51,173 nucleotides of DNA from Clostridia bacterium (GCA_017623255.1 JAGAPL010000012.1:1-51173); one strand, 5' to 3'; positions 27,801-36,523 are shown, counted from the stretch's first letter. The notes: generated from the sequence alone by a model not told the origin. Numbers and translations are program-made.

Positions 27801-30800
27801 ACAAACGTTATGAACTGTGTCAATTGTGATTTTGTTTTCTTCCTTGATTGCATTGAGAGCAGCCTGAATCTTTGTCTGTACAGACGCCATATTCTCAGCT
27901 GTCAGAACGCCTTCCTTGAGGGAAACAGAACCAACATATTCCTTACCGTTTACGTCAAGGAGCACTTTAACATCAATAGATCCGGGACCTGCTGCTGCAA
28001 TGGAAGCAACCCATGTCATAGGTTCAGGAACAGCATCAAAGTGCAGGCCTGTGCCGTTGAGTGCATCGAGAGCATCAAGAAGATCTACGATTGCTGCATT
28101 GTTTACATCAAGAATGTTTGCATTGGGAGCTGTGAGAGAAGCATTGATTACTGCAAACTGAGCCTTAAGCTCTGTGAACATTCCGTCATATGCCTGGTCA
28201 ACAAGCAAAGCCCAAAGATTATCATCATTCTCAATAATTGTGATGAGGCCGAGCATCTTATTGATCTCTGCCTTGTAGCTTTCATAGTTCTGATAATAAG
28301 GAAGCATATTATCAACCTTACCATCACTATTGCCATCACACTGTTTAAGAAGTGTATAAATTACAAGCTCGTTATTATTCTTACCAAGTTCGTCTACGAT
28401 GCCCTTGATTGCATCCTTAGCTTCCTGTGTGGAAGCAGCAATTGCTGCTGAGCTAAGATCGCCTGCATGAGCGCCGATTTTTTCGAGGTTGTTTCTCTGA
28501 CCGAGAAGAACATTGAGAGCTGCCTTCTGAGCTGCATACTCTTTGGAAAGTGTTTCCTGGAGGTTCAGCTTAGCAAGGATGTCATCAGCTGTGATCTCAC
28601 CTGCTGTTGCGCTTTCGAGCGCGCCAACTGTGATATCAAGTTCGTATGCAACTTCAAGACTACCGTAAGCGTTGTCCGTGAGAGTTGCTGTATTTCCAAC
28701 GAAGTTTACTGTTTCGATGAGGTTACCTTCTTCGTCGTAGCTTGTTACGGAAGCGGGAGTCCACATAAGGCCAGCCATTTCAGCATCCACGTTGGAAACT
28801 GTGATTGTGTTACCGCCTGCAAGTACATCACTCTGGTCGATAACCGCTGTATCCTTATTAGGAGTTACGAGCCAGAAGGATTCGCCCTTATCAACGATTT
28901 CGTTTGTGATAACGCCTTCAGCGCTAACTGCAACGTTTGTCTTATCAATAAGGTCAACGATTGTCTGATACTGATCAGCCTTACCTTCTGTTCTTGTGAT
29001 AACTGTTTCGCCAAGGATTTCTACTTTCATTCCCTGGTTCTTCGCAGCACCGTTTACTGTGTAGATATAAGCAAGCTTGTTGCCTTCCGCATCAGAACCT
29101 GTGTGCTTGGGAAGCATTACCACGGAACCATAGTATGCTTTATCCGTTTTGATAAGGCTACCATCTTCCTCGAAATAGTTCACTGTGTAAACAGCGGGAG
29201 TAAACTTAACTGTAATTACACCGTCAGAATCAATTACGTCTGAAACTGTATCTTCTGTTATGTCTTCATAGTAATTACCAACATTTTCTTCATCACCGAG
29301 ATCCATAACATAACCGGCTTCTTCCCAAGCCGCAAGAGCCTTAAATCTGAGCTCATTTACAGCGTTCATTACCTCAAGCTTGGAAGAATCCTTACGGAGT
29401 GTGATTGTTTCTGTAAACTTTTCAAGAGATACAAGATCAAGAACGTCGGGAGTTTTGTCTGCAACGTAACCTTCAACTGTGATTACGATATCAAACATAC
29501 TCATATTGTACTTGGATTCAGCAGTTGCAACTTCAAGAACCTCAATAACATCAGCGTCTGTATATGTCTTAGGTTCTGCAATAAGTCTCACGTTCTTTGT
29601 GATATCAGCATAGTCTGCGCCGGGAACAAGTACTTCGTCTACGTTCCATCCGTTATTGTCAAAACGATCGATAACGGGCTTTACTGCTTCGCAGAAACCG
29701 TTAAGAACTTCTACAAGGAGATTGAGCATAGGAGCCATATCCTTAAGCTGAGCAATCTGGGCCTCAAGTTCTTCAAGCTGATTGATATTTGCTTCAAACT
29801 CAGGGAGAGCAACCTCTGCTGCTGCGAGCATGCTTGCAGCGTCTTCAAGCTTAGAAAGGTTTGTTTCTACAAGAGTAAGAAGATTAATAACTGTATCCAG
29901 TTTAGAAAGCGCGCCCTCAACTACAACGAGAGAATCCTTAGCTTCATTAAGCTTAGGAAGATATGTTTCGTCAATAGCTACCACGCCATCCTTAGCTGCA
30001 GCAAGACTACTCTTGATTGTAGGAATTTTTTCATTGAGTGTCTTCAGGCCTGCTATAGCGTCTTCAGCCTGCTTAAGCTGATCCACATAGCTTGCAACAC
30101 CTGCAACAGCAGCGCCCATACCGTAGTTATTTGCGCTTGCAACAAGATTAGAAAGGCTTGCTGAATCAGTTACGGGAACGAGACCTGCCATCTGAAGCAT
30201 TGCATATTTTGTGCCTGCCGCAGTCTTGATTGCACCATTGATTGTTTCAATAACAGAAGCATACTGATTTTCTGCTTCAGTTATCTTACCGGGAAGATTG
30301 CTTTCAAGAACATTGATTTCATTGATAAGAGAATCAAGTTCATCTTCATTTGTAACAGTTGTTGTTGTTACGCCGAGAGCATTGAGCTGAGTAGCATAAG
30401 GAGCCATCTGCTCTGTTACAGCAGCAAAAACATTTTCTCTGATCTTGCCAAGAGCAACGATGTTCTTTTCAACATCTGCAGAACCAGCTATTGTAGCTGA
30501 ACCACCGTTAGCATCAAGTTCATCTGCATATCCGGAGCTCGCAATCACGCCCTCTATAGCTGCGCAAACATCTGCTTTAAGTGCTGCAAGTTCGTTCTTA
30601 AGGAACTTAACGTCTTCAGCTATTTTATACTCTTTGCTTGTTACGCTTTCAGGAAGAACATCTTTGTTATCCTGAACAAGTGTGTTGATTTCAACAAGAG
30701 CTTCGTCTCTCTTAGCTTTGACATCATCAGAAAGCTTTGTGAGACTTGCGCTTGTGATATCTTCTTTCTTTGTAGGAACGTCGATACCTGTTACACCCTG

Positions 30801-32096
30801 AGAGCTCAAAGTAACCTTGAGAGCCATAAGAATAGACTGAAGCTGAGTTTTCTGTGTGTCAACATAAGCGTTGATATCAGCTTCAAGCTGCTGGAGCTCA
30901 GCAAGATCCTTAACGCCATCATAGCCAATCGCTGTCTTCAGCGCATCGGGAAGCTTAGCATCAAGTTCTGCACTGATCTGCTCATAAGGCTTTTCTTCTG
31001 CATAGTACGCATCAATAATTTCTATAGCTGCTTCGATGTCCTTATACATTTCCGCAAACGCGCCGCCCAGATCTTCAAACTGCTCGAAATTAACATTAAG
31101 AGCATTTTCAAGTTCTGCATAAGCAGCATCATCTGCAATCATTTCAAGAACGCTGAGATCAGCATAGTTTTCATAGAAAGTATTGATCAAAAGTCCGCCG
31201 GCAGCCTGCTGCTGAACGAGACCGGGATTGCCTGAACCCGCATTGGAGATATGCTGCTTTACTCTGTTCTTAAGTTCAAAAGCGATTTCAACCCACTCTC
31301 CGTTAGGAAGCTGCTGTTCAACATCCTCAAGGTATTTACCGCTTTCTTCATTCACAAAGTATGCATTGAGCATATCGATCATTGTGCCACCCTCAAGCTG
31401 TTCAAGGGGAAGCTTGGTTGTCAGCAAGTTTGTGATATCAGCAGGAGAAAGTTTGAATTCCTGTCCGCTGATAACTGTTTCATAGCAAACAGTTTTATTG
31501 ATAAGATCCATATACTGAACATCCTCAGCAAGAAGACCTGCTGCATTAAGGAGCTTCAGCTGCACTGCTGTTGTTACAGCGGAGGGATCTTTGATGCTTT
31601 CTGTATCAAGTACATAAGTTACTACGATGGAGAAAGCATTTTCGGCATATGTGTATTTACCTACACTAACCGCCTTGTTTCCTTCCGAAACAAGTTCAAT
31701 GTCGTTTTCCTTAACTTCGGAACCGACAACCACGTCAAATGTTGTAGGATACCAGGTATTTCCCTTAGCATCTACAAATGCATTGACAGTTACAGTCTTG
31801 TCATCTTCATTTACGATAACAAGATTGTCTGAATCCTTAACTTCTTCAGGAGGGAGAGTGTACTCAATAGTAACATCTCCAACAATCTGACCTGTAGCAA
31901 GGATTTCCTTTTCTGCGCTGGTTATTTTGCCCGCTTCAGCATAAGCTTCTGCCATGATCTGACCGAGTGTGGGCGCGTGTTCGTGCTCACCGGCAGCGGC
32001 AGGCATTATGAGACTCAGGTTGGCTGTTGACAGCAGCATAGCCAAAACCAGAAGCAGTGATACGCATCGCTTAAAATTTTTGAAACCTACGTTCAT
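21894..32096 (-). CDS. Giant secreted protein (3400 aa) with a helical region, Cys/His-rich repeats and a C-terminal dockerin
   Basis: Sec signal peptide, RBS AGGAGG. C-terminus GDLNGDGQVKSGD...ADINGDGQVRSGD is a duplicated Ca-binding dockerin motif. Many TC..G....C..CG repeats lie at ~22580-24560. Confidence 0.9.
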   Translation of the reverse strand: MNVGFKNFKRCVSLLLVLAMLLSTANLSLIMPAAAGEHEHAPTLGQIMAEAYAEAGKITSAEKEILATGQIVGDVTIEYTLPPEEVKDSDNLVIVNEDDKTVTVNAFVDAKGNTWYPTTFDVVVGSEVKENDIELVSEGNKAVSVGKYTYAENAFSIVVTYVLDTESIKDPSAVTTAVQLKLLNAAGLLAEDVQYMDLINKTVCYETVISGQEFKLSPADITNLLTTKLPLEQLEGGTMIDMLNAYFVNEESGKYLEDVEQQLPNGEWVEIAFELKNRVKQHISNAGSGNPGLVQQQAAGGLLINTFYENYADLSVLEMIADDAAYAELENALNVNFEQFEDLGGAFAEMYKDIEAAIEIIDAYYAEEKPYEQISAELDAKLPDALKTAIGYDGVKDLAELQQLEADINAYVDTQKTQLQSILMALKVTLSSQGVTGIDVPTKKEDITSASLTKLSDDVKAKRDEALVEINTLVQDNKDVLPESVTSKEYKIAEDVKFLKNELAALKADVCAAIEGVIASSGYADELDANGGSATIAGSADVEKNIVALGKIRENVFAAVTEQMAPYATQLNALGVTTTTVTNEDELDSLINEINVLESNLPGKITEAENQYASVIETINGAIKTAAGTKYAMLQMAGLVPVTDSASLSNLVASANNYGMGAAVAGVASYVDQLKQAEDAIAGLKTLNEKIPTIKSSLAAAKDGVVAIDETYLPKLNEAKDSLVVVEGALSKLDTVINLLTLVETNLSKLEDAASMLAAAEVALPEFEANINQLEELEAQIAQLKDMAPMLNLLVEVLNGFCEAVKPVIDRFDNNGWNVDEVLVPGADYADITKNVRLIAEPKTYTDADVIEVLEVATAESKYNMSMFDIVITVEGYVADKTPDVLDLVSLEKFTETITLRKDSSKLEVMNAVNELRFKALAAWEEAGYVMDLGDEENVGNYYEDITEDTVSDVIDSDGVITVKFTPAVYTVNYFEEDGSLIKTDKAYYGSVVMLPKHTGSDAEGNKLAYIYTVNGAAKNQGMKVEILGETVITRTEGKADQYQTIVDLIDKTNVAVSAEGVITNEIVDKGESFWLVTPNKDTAVIDQSDVLAGGNTITVSNVDAEMAGLMWTPASVTSYDEEGNLIETVNFVGNTATLTDNAYGSLEVAYELDITVGALESATAGEITADDILAKLNLQETLSKEYAAQKAALNVLLGQRNNLEKIGAHAGDLSSAAIAASTQEAKDAIKGIVDELGKNNNELVIYTLLKQCDGNSDGKVDNMLPYYQNYESYKAEINKMLGLITIIENDDNLWALLVDQAYDGMFTELKAQFAVINASLTAPNANILDVNNAAIVDLLDALDALNGTGLHFDAVPEPMTWVASIAAAGPGSIDVKVLLDVNGKEYVGSVSLKEGVLTAENMASVQTKIQAALNAIKEENKITIDTVHNVCTFVTPVVGDMISAETVISETWTAKKYTVKIEGAADVTLTYTDATAGNGVTLPGTSSNDIAYVYSYTYTVNGETKTFEQYVGAEGVKIQFPRADFDAIFADGTVVITRTEINLVEKRLIELFDAMKGAAVLTKNAEGKYAAVLPIVPSMDGAKTGLGNFAMGLVMGGSNYGYIGMGDGVLYDGSQYSLQTIVDVVMNSGVGTQTIIDVVDEKGNIDHMTLNGYNVIGAYDVDKLGGQIIKTTMSFGATEADAVEIDFYITLAEATDLIMKARKALVAASPYVSVVCENGMANAEITLPDQVYALYVAALSAVGEINLDNIDELNNQVAITYLLTVLDPVLNGEITTANIDKTLANLGQNFKLTGTTYGKIYNAVVKLYDTDAEYFDANGNYILPINNIGINSVTARLQGMVDEMIASMGVDLSIDLGTLIKEYKTAEEEIDGINVTLSAKLTNTEVEYAAILVDLKAATKDIIHIYTAEELVANAPKLVGPAAIILLDDVAGDLVFNAKTLLDLNGKKVLGDITANNTVVISDSTGNNADSGIVYGAVSGSATVVGGKYGHDVSAFLKAGYAQDANGLVYNKLFSVAVDGNDVTITLNATPSDLKEMLNKKSIASVGIDFVVDLLVNNYDVAALTVDGKQVYDINVEDIIGLVAGTNRVDNAIDKVLACVSAPELADLFNTVVADLTDFAALQAALEGDGKVASYEATVAPWVFELDVVNDALTANIVSSDETETYVINVVVDGDYKDELAIIAGALADTAVVESELTLEDIVRNDNDEIVVNGAYAGSVELDFTKDARYVIMMAVVLASNTDNAALKADVVEAIDAYYADHTLTYLEKAFDSVTAKQLCDALGNVARGEKFTAMVKSLKLSADAEADIIDRIGDEAMGYSLVIEVVGALLRQLEARELLETVTESGRTLGSVKKSDAEGKYYGFSKGKTFTGNKNIYSSYSVAYNVDVTEVNVTVRLFPEEKAIVVNDAEGKLVGWYDTLSDAFAALEADVSESFTVIVVEAVEATADINVSKSVDLVTNNNVTFGDYKFVLTADGASVDSDVALSAVVSDEETLHLIADDAEYVYTAEDHDWSDWTVTTESTCTEEGEEERACSVCGRTETQKVAVDPDGHKWGDWTTTKEPDCTEDGEEVRVCELCGKEETNVLAATGHAYVYTFNWVGYECETMTVTCSNTDCDLNDTVDVTVTSEQTIDPDCCTTGEKVYTAKATYNGVDHYDTKTEVLPELGHNPDLDNFKITNVEYVPATSTFALRATVIEGYFEYTVTTTCERCDEPFEDTFTVEANKIAPDCFTDGEYNATVEYVEVWGVQVPVSAEDQAKFKEVIPSEGHDYVDYPAQEPTCTDEGWDAYKVCNGCGESTQVIKPALGHEYMLDEANCVWAADYSTCTMTFTCARGCGFEDTKVVNSTIVPVPPTCVDDAKAEVTASVEYEGETYTVTKTVVAPGTATGVHTPGTAVQENVVSATCGADGSYDEVVYCTVCDAELSREAKVIPATGAHTHGTAVQENVVGATCGADGSYDEVVYCTVCNAELSREAKVIPATGEHTPVVDAAVEATCTTTGLTEGSHCDVCGTIIVAQEVVDALGHTWDAGVVTAPTCTEDGYTTYTCTVCGETKVEPGEAATGHTFVYDSETWGAGNGTCTITIKCACGETVVLDATVTSEVTTNADCVNAEITTYTATAEYEGKTYTATTTAETAPAKGHNFNKIVNVDDPWVFDITAMTATMTIECENCDAVYTIVAEITATTDPVSGDTTYSIVVDPELEAELNKLQNLPGFDFDKFVNADHVVIGKPAISDVKLNNHADLFGYNVKMGAEENILFLDLHYLGITLDEFKAMIQASTFENDANGYVDITVDNELHESGRVGTGLKITMTATNTAGESATLKLTIIVLGDLNGDGQVKSGDASVASQITIGTYTATNYQILAADINGDGQVRSGDKSMICKKNIELMDQYYSFCKA
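23146..23427 (-). repeat. Near-identical 2 x 141-bp tandem duplication (47-aa Cys/His repeat)
   Basis: CCTGTTGCGGGAATA starts at 23146 and 23287; encodes HTxGTAVQENVVxATCGADGSYDEVVYCTVCxAELSREAKVIPATG twice. Confidence 0.92.
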
Positions 32097-32272
32097 AATT
32101 CTGCGATCCTCCTATAGAAAATTTGCTAAATATGGTTACGGGGCAAGTTGAGCTAAATCGGATCCCATTTACCCTTTATAAAGCATATATCCCCAATATA
32201 TACTTTAAAGAAGGAAAATGTTGAGATCGCGATTTTGCATACAATTACCACCATAAACTATATTTGTAATTA

Positions 32273-32301
32273 ATTGTACCATAAAACCATAGGTTTGTAA
32301 A
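32273..32301 (-). promoter_or_regulatory. Sigma-A promoter heading the surface-fibre locus
   Basis: TTTACA-17 bp-TACAAT with extended -10 TG; implies a leader of ~170 nt. Confidence 0.65.
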
Positions 32302-32598
32302 TATTTTATGCAAAAAAAGTTCCATAAATATTGAAAAATCTCAGCTTTTCTCTATTGCATTTTGCACAAATAATCCAAGAGTGTTTTTAGTTATTTTCCA
32401 TGTCTAAAAAGCTTATATTTCTGTCTAAATCCATAGTCATTCGCAAAACCAAAACCGGCTCTTAATTTAATTTTATACATTTGCCTTGGCGTTTTAGTCA
32501 TTTTCCTTTGTCACATGATTGTATATTTAGTATTATTTATTTATATGTTGTTTTGTACATTATGCGATATTTTGTATTTTTGAGCAACAATCGAGTGA

Positions 32599-32631
32599 CA
32601 AAAAAGAACCGCTTTCGCGGTCCTTTTTTTG
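32599..32631 (-). terminator. Rho-independent terminator after the MATE gene (bidirectional shape)
   Basis: AAAAAAGAACCGC-TTTC-GCGGTCCTTTTTTT. Confidence 0.8.
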
Positions 32632-32668
32632 TTTTTATGCAATTGAATATATTTTAAGCTTTGTACAT

Positions 32669-34075
32669 TTAGTTATTGGTTTTTACATCATTTTTTAATT
32701 TTTTATCCATCTCAATCTTTCTGAAAAACATCAACAAAACCACCGTAGCGATAATACTCAAAAGAATTTCAGCAAACGTTTGAGCATATGCAAGACCATA
32801 AAGAGGCACGATTTTGTTGAAAATAACGGTAAACGGAATCTCAAAAATCACCTTTCTGAGCACCGCAAACACCAATGAAATACCACCTTTTCCGCACGCC
32901 TGGAATATACCTACAGTGATAAAATCTATAGCTATGAAAACAAGTGTGAGGCAGAATCCTCTCAAAATGCGCGCTCCAATATACACAATTTCATCATTTG
33001 ACATAAACAATCGGACAAGATTTTCTGAATTTACTCTGAAAAAGATCGTTGCAATAATGAGAAAAATCACTGATATTCTGACAGAAAACAACACGGTTTT
33101 CTTCATCCTCGTTATGTTTTTTGAGGCAAAATTATATCCAATCAAAGGCATAATTCCCTGAGAAAGTCCCATCGCAACGGAAAAAGCAACCTGATTTACC
33201 TTCTGTGCAATACCCATACCTGCCACAGCATCAGGCCCGAAGGACGCAGTCAGATTATTGAATATAGTCATACCCATGACGTTCAGCAAATTCTGAATAG
33301 CAGCAGGAATCCCTACTCCAAACACACCCAAAACTATCTCTTTTTCAAAGGAGAACTTGCGGGGATCAATGCACACATAAGTCTTTTGACGTCTTACTAT
33401 CAGCAAAACAAAATAATAAATGCAGGCAAAGCAGTTAGAAACAAATGTCGCAAGACCGGCTCCCACTGCACCCATATTAAGAAACTGAGGCAAAATAAAC
33501 AGTGGATCCAGAATTATATTGAACAAGCAACCACTCATAGTTCCTATACTTGCGTGCAGCGCCGAGCCTTCCGCCCTGACCATATTTGACAGCAACACAT
33601 TAAGTATGGACGGCAAAGCACCACAAGTGACTGTCCATAGCATATATTCCGAAGTTGCAACATAAGTTTCATCAGTTGCGCCAAGCAACGAAAGGAGAGG
33701 CACTTTGAACGCCGTTGTTACAATTGAAAGCGTCAGCGCGCATATAGCACCACACCAGAAGCCAAAAGCAGAGCTTTTATAAACCGTTTCAAAATCATGC
33801 CTGCCCATAGCTCGGCTCATCATACTTGAGCTTCCGACACCAAACAAATTAGTTATGGCATAAAAAGCCATCATAACAGGAGCTGCAAGAGTTACCGCAG
33901 AGTTTTGAATGGGATCATTCAGCATTCCCACAAAGAAAGTGTCCGCCAGATTATAAAAAATCATAACAAGCGAAGACATTATAGTAGGAATCGTCAGCGT
34001 TAAAAACGCTTTTGGGATAGGGGTTCTTTCAAATAGTTCCGTTTTTTTGATATCTTCCATAGTCAATTTTTTCAC
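32669..34075 (-). CDS. MATE family efflux transporter (MepA-like)
   Basis: About 12 TM segments; YNLADTFFVG, NIILDPLFI, GAVGAGLAT, PLIGYNF motifs. Confidence 0.93.
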   Translation of the reverse strand: MKKLTMEDIKKTELFERTPIPKAFLTLTIPTIMSSLVMIFYNLADTFFVGMLNDPIQNSAVTLAAPVMMAFYAITNLFGVGSSSMMSRAMGRHDFETVYKSSAFGFWCGAICALTLSIVTTAFKVPLLSLLGATDETYVATSEYMLWTVTCGALPSILNVLLSNMVRAEGSALHASIGTMSGCLFNIILDPLFILPQFLNMGAVGAGLATFVSNCFACIYYFVLLIVRRQKTYVCIDPRKFSFEKEIVLGVFGVGIPAAIQNLLNVMGMTIFNNLTASFGPDAVAGMGIAQKVNQVAFSVAMGLSQGIMPLIGYNFASKNITRMKKTVLFSVRISVIFLIIATIFFRVNSENLVRLFMSNDEIVYIGARILRGFCLTLVFIAIDFITVGIFQACGKGGISLVFAVLRKVIFEIPFTVIFNKIVPLYGLAYAQTFAEILLSIIATVVLLMFFRKIEMDKKLKNDVKTNN

Positions 34076-34212
34076 AAAGTTATATTTGCCTTATTATAAC
34101 ACCAAAATTGTTGCCAGCACAATATTTTTTGAATATTTTTTAAAAATCACAAGGAATTACACATTTCAAAACGTATAACAAGTGAAAGCAAAAAGCAAAA
34201 GGAGGATATTAT

Positions 34213-35142
34213 ATGAAAAAGAATCTTTACAGAGCCACGCTTATCATCACAGTTTTGCTTCTGATCTTGTCTTCTTGCAGTACGAAAAACAATGCAGCTG
34301 AGGGCGACAGATATGACGGATCTGATATCATTTTGGATGAAAACGGCAGCATTCCGGAGACAGAGGCAGCAGGTTCTGTGCTTGGCAACTCGTCAAGCAC
34401 ATCGGAAGCACCGGCCAGGGACGGAAGAAAAATTATAGAAACCTTAAATCTGACCGTGCAGACCAAGGAGTTTGACAAGCTGCTGGACGATCTGAACGCA
34501 CAAATATCAACACTGGGCGGATATATCGAAAGCTCCAACATTTCAGGGCGTGAATCGGAATCCACAAGAAATCGCAGCGCAACATTCAACATCAGGATCC
34601 CCTGCGAAACCACCAATGATTTCACATCTTTTATATCTGACAACAGTGTTGTTATAAATGAGAGCGTTTCGACGAAGGACGTTACTCTCAGTTACGTAGA
34701 TATGGAAAGCAGAGTTTCTGCCCTTGAAAGCGAAAAAGCAGCCCTCGAAAAGCTGCTTGACAGCGCTTCAACCATGAGCGACATTGTGGCTGTGCGCGAT
34801 AAACTAACCGATGTTATTTATGAAATCGAATCCTACAAATCCAAGCTTCGCACATACGATAATCTAATAGAATACAGCACGGTTAACGTGCACATTTACG
34901 AAGTTGAGCGAACTGCCATAGTGGAGGAACAGACTGTTTTCCAGAAGATAGGAAACAACCTTAAGAATAATTTTGAAAACGTTTGGGTTGGTTTAGTGAA
35001 CATTTTCATATTCATCATCAGCGCTATCCCTTATCTGATTCCCATAGCCGTGATAGTAATCGCCTCTGTAGCTATCATACGCTTCAAAATCAAGAAAACC
35101 AAAGCAAAAAAAGAAACCGTAAACAAGGATATTAACAAATAA
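34213..35142 (+). CDS. DUF4349 domain lipoprotein
   Basis: Lipobox LSSC; GGYIESS, DVTLSYVDMESR, coiled coil, C-terminal TM. Confidence 0.85.
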   Translation: MKKNLYRATLIITVLLLILSSCSTKNNAAEGDRYDGSDIILDENGSIPETEAAGSVLGNSSSTSEAPARDGRKIIETLNLTVQTKEFDKLLDDLNAQISTLGGYIESSNISGRESESTRNRSATFNIRIPCETTNDFTSFISDNSVVINESVSTKDVTLSYVDMESRVSALESEKAALEKLLDSASTMSDIVAVRDKLTDVIYEIESYKSKLRTYDNLIEYSTVNVHIYEVERTAIVEEQTVFQKIGNNLKNNFENVWVGLVNIFIFIISAIPYLIPIAVIVIASVAIIRFKIKKTKAKKETVNKDINK

Positions 35143-35145
35143 GAA

Positions 35146-35179
35146 AATTGCGGAACTGAAAAATTTCAGTTCCGCAATT
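35146..35179. terminator. Bidirectional terminator-like hairpin between convergent genes
   Basis: AATTGCGGAACTGAAA/TTTCAGTTCCGCAATT, perfect 16-bp inverted repeat. Confidence 0.8.
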
Positions 35180-35189
35180 CTGTTATTTC

Positions 35190-36380
35190 TTATACGATCA
35201 TACCAAGCTCGCGATGAAGCATTTCATCGGCCGTTTTAAGCACGTTTTTAGCGTCTCCGCCGTTTTTGAGTACTTCGTACAGCTCCATTGTCAAAAGCGT
35301 AATTTTATGGTCTTTTTCAAGCCCGGTGAGGCCAACAAGCGCATCAATCTCTGCGCCGCTTTCTATTCCATTTTCTTTTACATAGCAAGCAAGAGCTGCC
35401 GCTGCACCTGCGCAAATATATACAGGAACACTTCCCTGTTCTATAACACTGAGAGCCGCTCCTGTGAGTCTGTCGGAATTAGCAAGCTTTCTGGGAATAT
35501 CCGCTCCCACTCTCTGGCAAGTATCACCAAGAGCTTTATTAGTAAATCTGCGGAGAAGATCTGAAGAATGGTTAAGAAGAGGCTTGATGGGCGTTCCGTA
35601 TTTCGTAGAAAGCGCTTCGCAGGATTCAAGCATAGCATTGTGAACGAGAAGACGAACATCATCGTTGTCTATACTTTGATAAATATACTCACAGCCCTTA
35701 AGCTTACCAAAATATGCGCATACTGCATGGCCCATATTATGAATATAAAGCTTTCTTTCAATATAATAGTGGAAAGGAGTGAACGGAACTATATTCTTGA
35801 TTTCAGGAACTTCACCCTTAAATGCAGCTTTATCAACAGGAAGAACACCGTATTCCTCAACAGCTATCTTAAGAGGATTTTCCTCGTTACCCGTTTTCTT
35901 AGGCACGGGAACCATTCTGCCTACAGAAGTTTCCACAAGACCAACCTGCTCAACTTCATTTTCATCAAGAACCTCAGACAAGAGACCGTGTATATACTCA
36001 TCTGCGTCCATTAAGTTTTCACAAATAAGCAGATTAAGAGGTTTTCTGCCCTCAGCAACACGCGCCTTCACGCCTGCAGAAAGGTTAGGAATAATATATT
36101 TAATGGCATTAGCGCCTACGCATGTTGCGGCAATATCAGCCTCAAGAATGGCTTTTACAGCAGCCTCACGGTCATTTCCGTTTACCGCGCAAACATTCTT
36201 TATCATTATCACTTTTTCTTCTTCACCCACGATATGAAGTGGATACTCTCTATCCTGATTCATTCGTTCAACAACAACAGGTGAAACGTCAATAAAAGTC
36301 ACATCAAGACCTGCCTGAGAAAAAAGCGCTCCGATAAAGCCACGGCCTATGTTGCCTGCTCCAAATATTACACCTTTCAT
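35190..36380 (-). CDS. mtlD: Mannitol-1-phosphate 5-dehydrogenase
   Basis: FGAGNIGRGFIG, CENL, VGRMVP, YIERKLYIHNMGHA. Start moved to ATG 36380, which has a GGAG RBS. Confidence 0.88.
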   Translation of the reverse strand: MKGVIFGAGNIGRGFIGALFSQAGLDVTFIDVSPVVVERMNQDREYPLHIVGEEEKVIMIKNVCAVNGNDREAAVKAILEADIAATCVGANAIKYIIPNLSAGVKARVAEGRKPLNLLICENLMDADEYIHGLLSEVLDENEVEQVGLVETSVGRMVPVPKKTGNEENPLKIAVEEYGVLPVDKAAFKGEVPEIKNIVPFTPFHYYIERKLYIHNMGHAVCAYFGKLKGCEYIYQSIDNDDVRLLVHNAMLESCEALSTKYGTPIKPLLNHSSDLLRRFTNKALGDTCQRVGADIPRKLANSDRLTGAALSVIEQGSVPVYICAGAAAALACYVKENGIESGAEIDALVGLTGLEKDHKITLLTMELYEVLKNGGDAKNVLKTADEMLHRELGMIV

Positions 36381-36430
36381 ATATAGCTCCATTCCGCCTT
36401 TTCGGCATTTTTATTCATTATACTGCCTAT

Positions 36431-36459
36431 ATTTTACCAAAAGTATCACTCACGGTCAA
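36431..36459 (-). promoter_or_regulatory. Sigma-A promoter for mtlD
   Basis: TTGACC-17 bp-TAAAAT with extended -10 TG. Confidence 0.6.
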
Positions 36460-36523
36460 TTCTTTTTGAAATTTTTCTTTATTTATTGCGCAAAATATGC
36501 TAATATAGAATCAGCAAAGGAAG

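Noticed and set aside
21747-32151. Many Cys/Phe-rich plus-strand ORFs (up to 512 aa)
   Set aside because: Antisense products of the 3400-aa gene's biased codons; no RBS or motifs.
32100-32270. c-di-GMP riboswitch
   Set aside because: GEMM core motifs (GGCAAA..., GNRA tetraloop plus receptor) were not found by eye.
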